Positions 60,498 to 64,000 of a stretch of DNA of 64,000 nt are shown here, piece by piece (the stretch's first letter is position 1; every line of letters begins with the position of its first letter). The notes under the pieces are model-generated. The model searched no databases. It had not been told where the DNA came from and was given only the letters and a program-made list of their open reading frames with translations. Source of the stretch: Camelus dromedarius (Eukaryota); assembly GCF_036321535.1 (NCBI RefSeq), contig NC_087437.1, positions 19,656,001-19,720,000 on the forward strand, read 5' to 3'. The translations under genes were made by a program, and so were the position numbers.

Positions 60498-62527
60498 GTG
60501 GGTGCTGGGGAAGTTTCCTCGTCTCCGAGGAGGGAGGCAGGGAGAGCTTAGGGTGCAAGCTGTGGGGACTCAGGCTGACTCTGGATTTGCACAACCTCCC
60601 TCGCCACAGCTTTCCCGACCTCAGTGCGCCCGGGATCCCCGAAGTGAGCGCCCTGGACCAGAGAGGTTCCACATGCGGACGCTGGTCCATCCCTTTGGAG
60701 GGTTCCAGGGACCGAGGAGAGGGCGAGGTCTGGGGAGTCCGGACAACTTTGGGGGCTGTCTGCGCCGGAGTGGGGGCATAGTGGCTTCCGCCGGGGAACG
60801 GCTGGAGCAGGGCGCTGGCGCGGCACGGAGAGGCAGTTGCCTGCTCTTGCTGGGAGGGAGGGATTAGCGGCAGAGCCTTCAAAGAGGGGAGCAGGCTCGT
60901 CTCCCAGATAGAGGATGGGGTGGAAACTTAGGGGCTCCAGGGGAGGCCTTCTTGGCTGACCTCAGGCTCCCCCAGGGCGGCTATGGCTCCCCTGGGAACG
61001 CACGCCCTCCACGGGTGGGCCATGGAGCCCGGAAGAAGTGCGGGATGTGACGCTCCGCACAGCCTCTCCGACTCTGCTTCAGTACCCGAGCGCAGAGACG
61101 CCGAATCTGGTGACCTCCGTCCCCTCAACCCTATTAGTCTGGAGTTCTTGACCTTCCCCACTCCTCCTGCGCGGGAGGAAGCAAGATCCTGGTGAACGCC
61201 TGGAGCTGTCGGGAGACTGTAGGCTGGCTAGGCGAGCCACGGAATTTGACTGCTGCCTAGGAGCGCGGGGAGGAGCGCTGGGGTCGGGACGCCAGGAGGG
61301 CGGATCTGAAACTGAGGGTCACGTGCTTGCTGGACCGTGAGAGGAGAGGCCAGGGTAGAGCAGAGACTATGGTGGGTGGCGGTGGGTGGCGGTCGACGCT
61401 GCGGAAGCAGTGGCTGTTCTGGGCTGGAGCTCCCAGCTCAGTGATAACTTGTTGATTCTCTGCGCAATTGACTAGGAGGGCGTGCGCTTGGTTTAAGCTC
61501 TGTGGTCAAATCTTCCCGGTAACCAGCTGGGGGAGGAACGTGGTCACTGGCATGTTGTCTGACCCTCATCAGAGGACGGAGGAGTTTGCGCTTGTAGATT
61601 AAGAGGCCCACTATTAAAGGCAACCTGATTTGCACGCTGCCTTTGAACTGTAACTTACCCGTGGCTCAGGAGGGAATGTATACTATGTTTAATTACTCTT
61701 GGTGGGTGGGGAGAGTGCGAGGCAGACAGTTGACCTTCTCTGGACCTCGGAAATTCCTCTCCCGCAACTTGAGAGTGATACAATTGAGAAGAATACGAGA
61801 CATTAGTTTTTGGTGACATTATTTTATAAGCACATCTTATTTCTTTTCAGCAATTCACCACCCCTACCCCCGCCACCTCCCCCACCTCTGTATCCTTGAG
61901 AGGTAGTTTCTTTTTGGGGAAGACAAAGAAAAACTGATTATGAAAATGTCTCAAACATGTGGCAAAGGTAAACGAATGTGGAAAGGAGTCGCTGATTGGT
62001 CCGAGAGACTGTTGTTTTGGTGAAAATAAGAATAAAAAACAATGAACTTCCAAACCTTTTTCTTTCCTGCCCAATATATAGACACTTCGTTAGACAGGCA
62101 GATGACATGTTTTTGAAGATTTTTTCCGTCGTTTGGTAGCAGAGCAAATGGTGTATGTATGAGCAGATGTCTACAAACGGGGAGGGGGGTGTTGCTCACA
62201 GCAAATGAAGAAAGGGGAAAACTCGTTTAGGAAGAAGACCTGGTGTGCTTGTGTGCACCATTGAGTTCCTAGGAAGAAATTGAAAGCTTGGTAGAGATAA
62301 GAGAAAGATTGAGAAGAAAAAAAAAAAAATCCAGGCTCTCAATGATTCACTTTTATATGAATAATTATGTGCATTTTAACCAAGACTTTCATCTTCCCTA
62401 CTCAGAACATATTCATTTCGTGGTGAAAACAACCCATTTGTCTTTCTAATGTAAAAAGTTGATTGGCTCTGAGGAATGTAAGTTGCTGTCTGAATCCACC
62501 GCATTCTTTTTTCCTTTCCCTTTCCAC

Positions 62528-62541
62528 CCAGTAGGGGGCGG
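62528..62541 (+). promoter_or_regulatory. Candidate CTCF site
   Basis: CCAGTAGGGGGCGG fits the core consensus CCASYAGRKGGCRS at every position. Confidence 0.55.
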
Positions 62542-63799
62542 CAAAGGGCGCTGTCAGCTCCATTTTTTTTTTTTAAAGACAAATGTGTAGTATTTGATCA
62601 AAACAGAGACATTTACTATGACACTTTAGTTGGTATTTACAGGACTTACTTTCCTTGTTACAATGCACATGCGTTTTATGTTTCCAAATTTCACATCATC
62701 TCTGAGGAGCACTGGAGATACTGAAGGGATGCTTCCTGGATGACACATCCTGCAACGACTTGGCCGTTTCTAAGGTTCGTGTGGTTATTATTCCCATCAC
62801 TAAAAAGGAGAAAAGTCAGAACGGCATGCAAAGAAGATTGAACGAATTATAGCTTTCTTCTTCCATACAATTCTGTATTAATGTGTAGAGGAAAATTGGG
62901 AGTGTGGCGTCGAGCTGCCTGGCTGACTTCAATGCACCCTCCAGACAACTGTCTGGAAGCGCATCCTCCCGGCTTGGGCTGGTGTATGATGTCGTGTTTG
63001 TGGCACACAGCTGGTTCTGCCTTTGTGTTTTTTACTTCTTGTGGTAGGGAACCGAGCAGCCAATCCCCAGGAACTGTTTGAGGTTTTCACAGAATCACTG
63101 CACTTTTGGTGCAAACATAATCCCAACTTCAGAAATAATGCGGTGGCTAGGCAGTTATTATAACCTCTTACCTTTATTCTCCTGTATCTTGGCTATTCAC
63201 AACAGACAAACAAAGCATCTCCTGAATGCCTTGAAAAGACCAGATTCTGTGCACATGTTTTATGAGCAAAGCTAGGAAGGTGTTGTGTGGACCCAAGGAG
63301 CCTCTGAAGCAGAGAATGATGTGTCACATCCAGAAGGAAAAAAGGCAATACAATGTAGACAAACATCTTAAGATTTGTGCTACATTTGGTGACATATCAG
63401 TGGTCTCAGGTCTTAAGGACCTGGTACACAAACCTTTTTCAGTTCTCAGCATCCAGGCACAGGGTGTTCAGGATGGTACCTGAGTATAGACTACCAGTAA
63501 CAACTGAGGTGGTGCCCCCCTGTGTGCCCAGAGCCTGGCTCAGTGCCCTGGAGCATTCTTAGCAAATATAGGAAGACCGCCCCCCGTCCCATTCCCATTT
63601 CACTACTACCTTTCTTTGAGAGATTTGATTTAGCTGGACAAGATTTTTTGTCTTTAATGTGGACATTTTAAGAGAATGACAGCAGGCAGAGTTTGTGCCA
63701 AGCATAGTACTATGGTATGGGGGGTAGGAAGAGGGCTTGCGAGAGCAGCATTTGGTCATAGGGAGGTAAGAGAGCAGAACTGTAACAGTATATTTGTAT

Positions 63800-63995
63800 A
63801 GCATGATATACTTGTAGTAATTGCAGATTGTGGAACCTCTCCTTAGTGTGTAACAGGCACTGCGCTAATAATTCCTTTACCTGATCTGTCTCTAAATTTT
63901 ACAGCCTACGCAGGGCTGGTATTGGTTGCCTGCTTCACAGATGAAGAAACTAAGTCAGAGAGAGGGTAAATGACTTGCCAGGACCTCCAGTGGAG
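63800..63995 (-). mobile_element. MIR fragment in intron 1
   Basis: TTCACAGATGAAGAAACTAAGTCAGAGAGAGGGTAAATGACTTGCC core. Confidence 0.75.
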
Positions 63996-64000
63996 GATGT

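Larger units (their letters stand above)
59600..61500. promoter_or_regulatory. CLSTN2: CpG island: promoter, 5'UTR, exon 1 and start of intron 1 of CLSTN2
   Basis: Sharp rise in GC and CpG content relative to the CpG-depleted remainder of the window. Contains GC boxes (CCCGCCCGCCCC near 59776-59788). Boundaries estimated by eye. Confidence 0.9.
60498..64000 (+). other. CLSTN2: CLSTN2 intron 1 (5' part)
   Basis: Starts with GTGGGT donor. No sequence encoding the expected continuation (VNKHKPWIET...) was seen before the end of the window. Confidence 0.85.

Noticed and set aside
60498..60781. Continuation of the 149-aa plus-strand ORF beyond LLAAK
   Set aside because: Similarity to CLSTN2 stops at a good GT donor at 60498, so the remainder is intronic read-through.
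59462..60882. Long minus-strand ORFs (220, 131 and 253 aa) over the CpG island
   Set aside because: Pro/Arg/Ala/Gly-rich with no recognisable domain. Long open frames are expected in GC-rich, stop-poor DNA antisense to CLSTN2 exon 1.

Overview
Mammalian genomic DNA, very probably camelid: four copies of a tRNA-Ala-like SINE resemble the camelid vic-1 type. About the first 59.5 kb is gene-poor, repeat-dense sequence made of nested L1, L2, MIR, MaLR/ERVL and ERV1-type solo LTRs, SINEs and microsatellites. The only protein-coding feature I can support is coding exon 1 of calsyntenin-2 (CLSTN2; + strand, 60386-60497, signal peptide). It lies in a CpG-island promoter and is followed by the start of intron 1. 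All other ORFs in the track are best explained as repeat-derived or GC-rich artefacts. I see no convincing new multi-gene system. The best leads are regulatory or retrotransposon-related: (1) an intact solo LTR about 10 kb upstream of CLSTN2 with a phased CCAAT array, octamer and TATA box; (2) two perfect CRE sites in the promoter; (3) a (GCG)10 5'UTR repeat in frame with the CDS behind near-cognate starts; (4) an intronic CTCF-consensus site; (5) an apparently internally deleted L1; (6) a SINE-head/L1-tail chimera. Repeat family names and most repeat boundaries were assigned by eye from remembered consensus sequences and are approximate.
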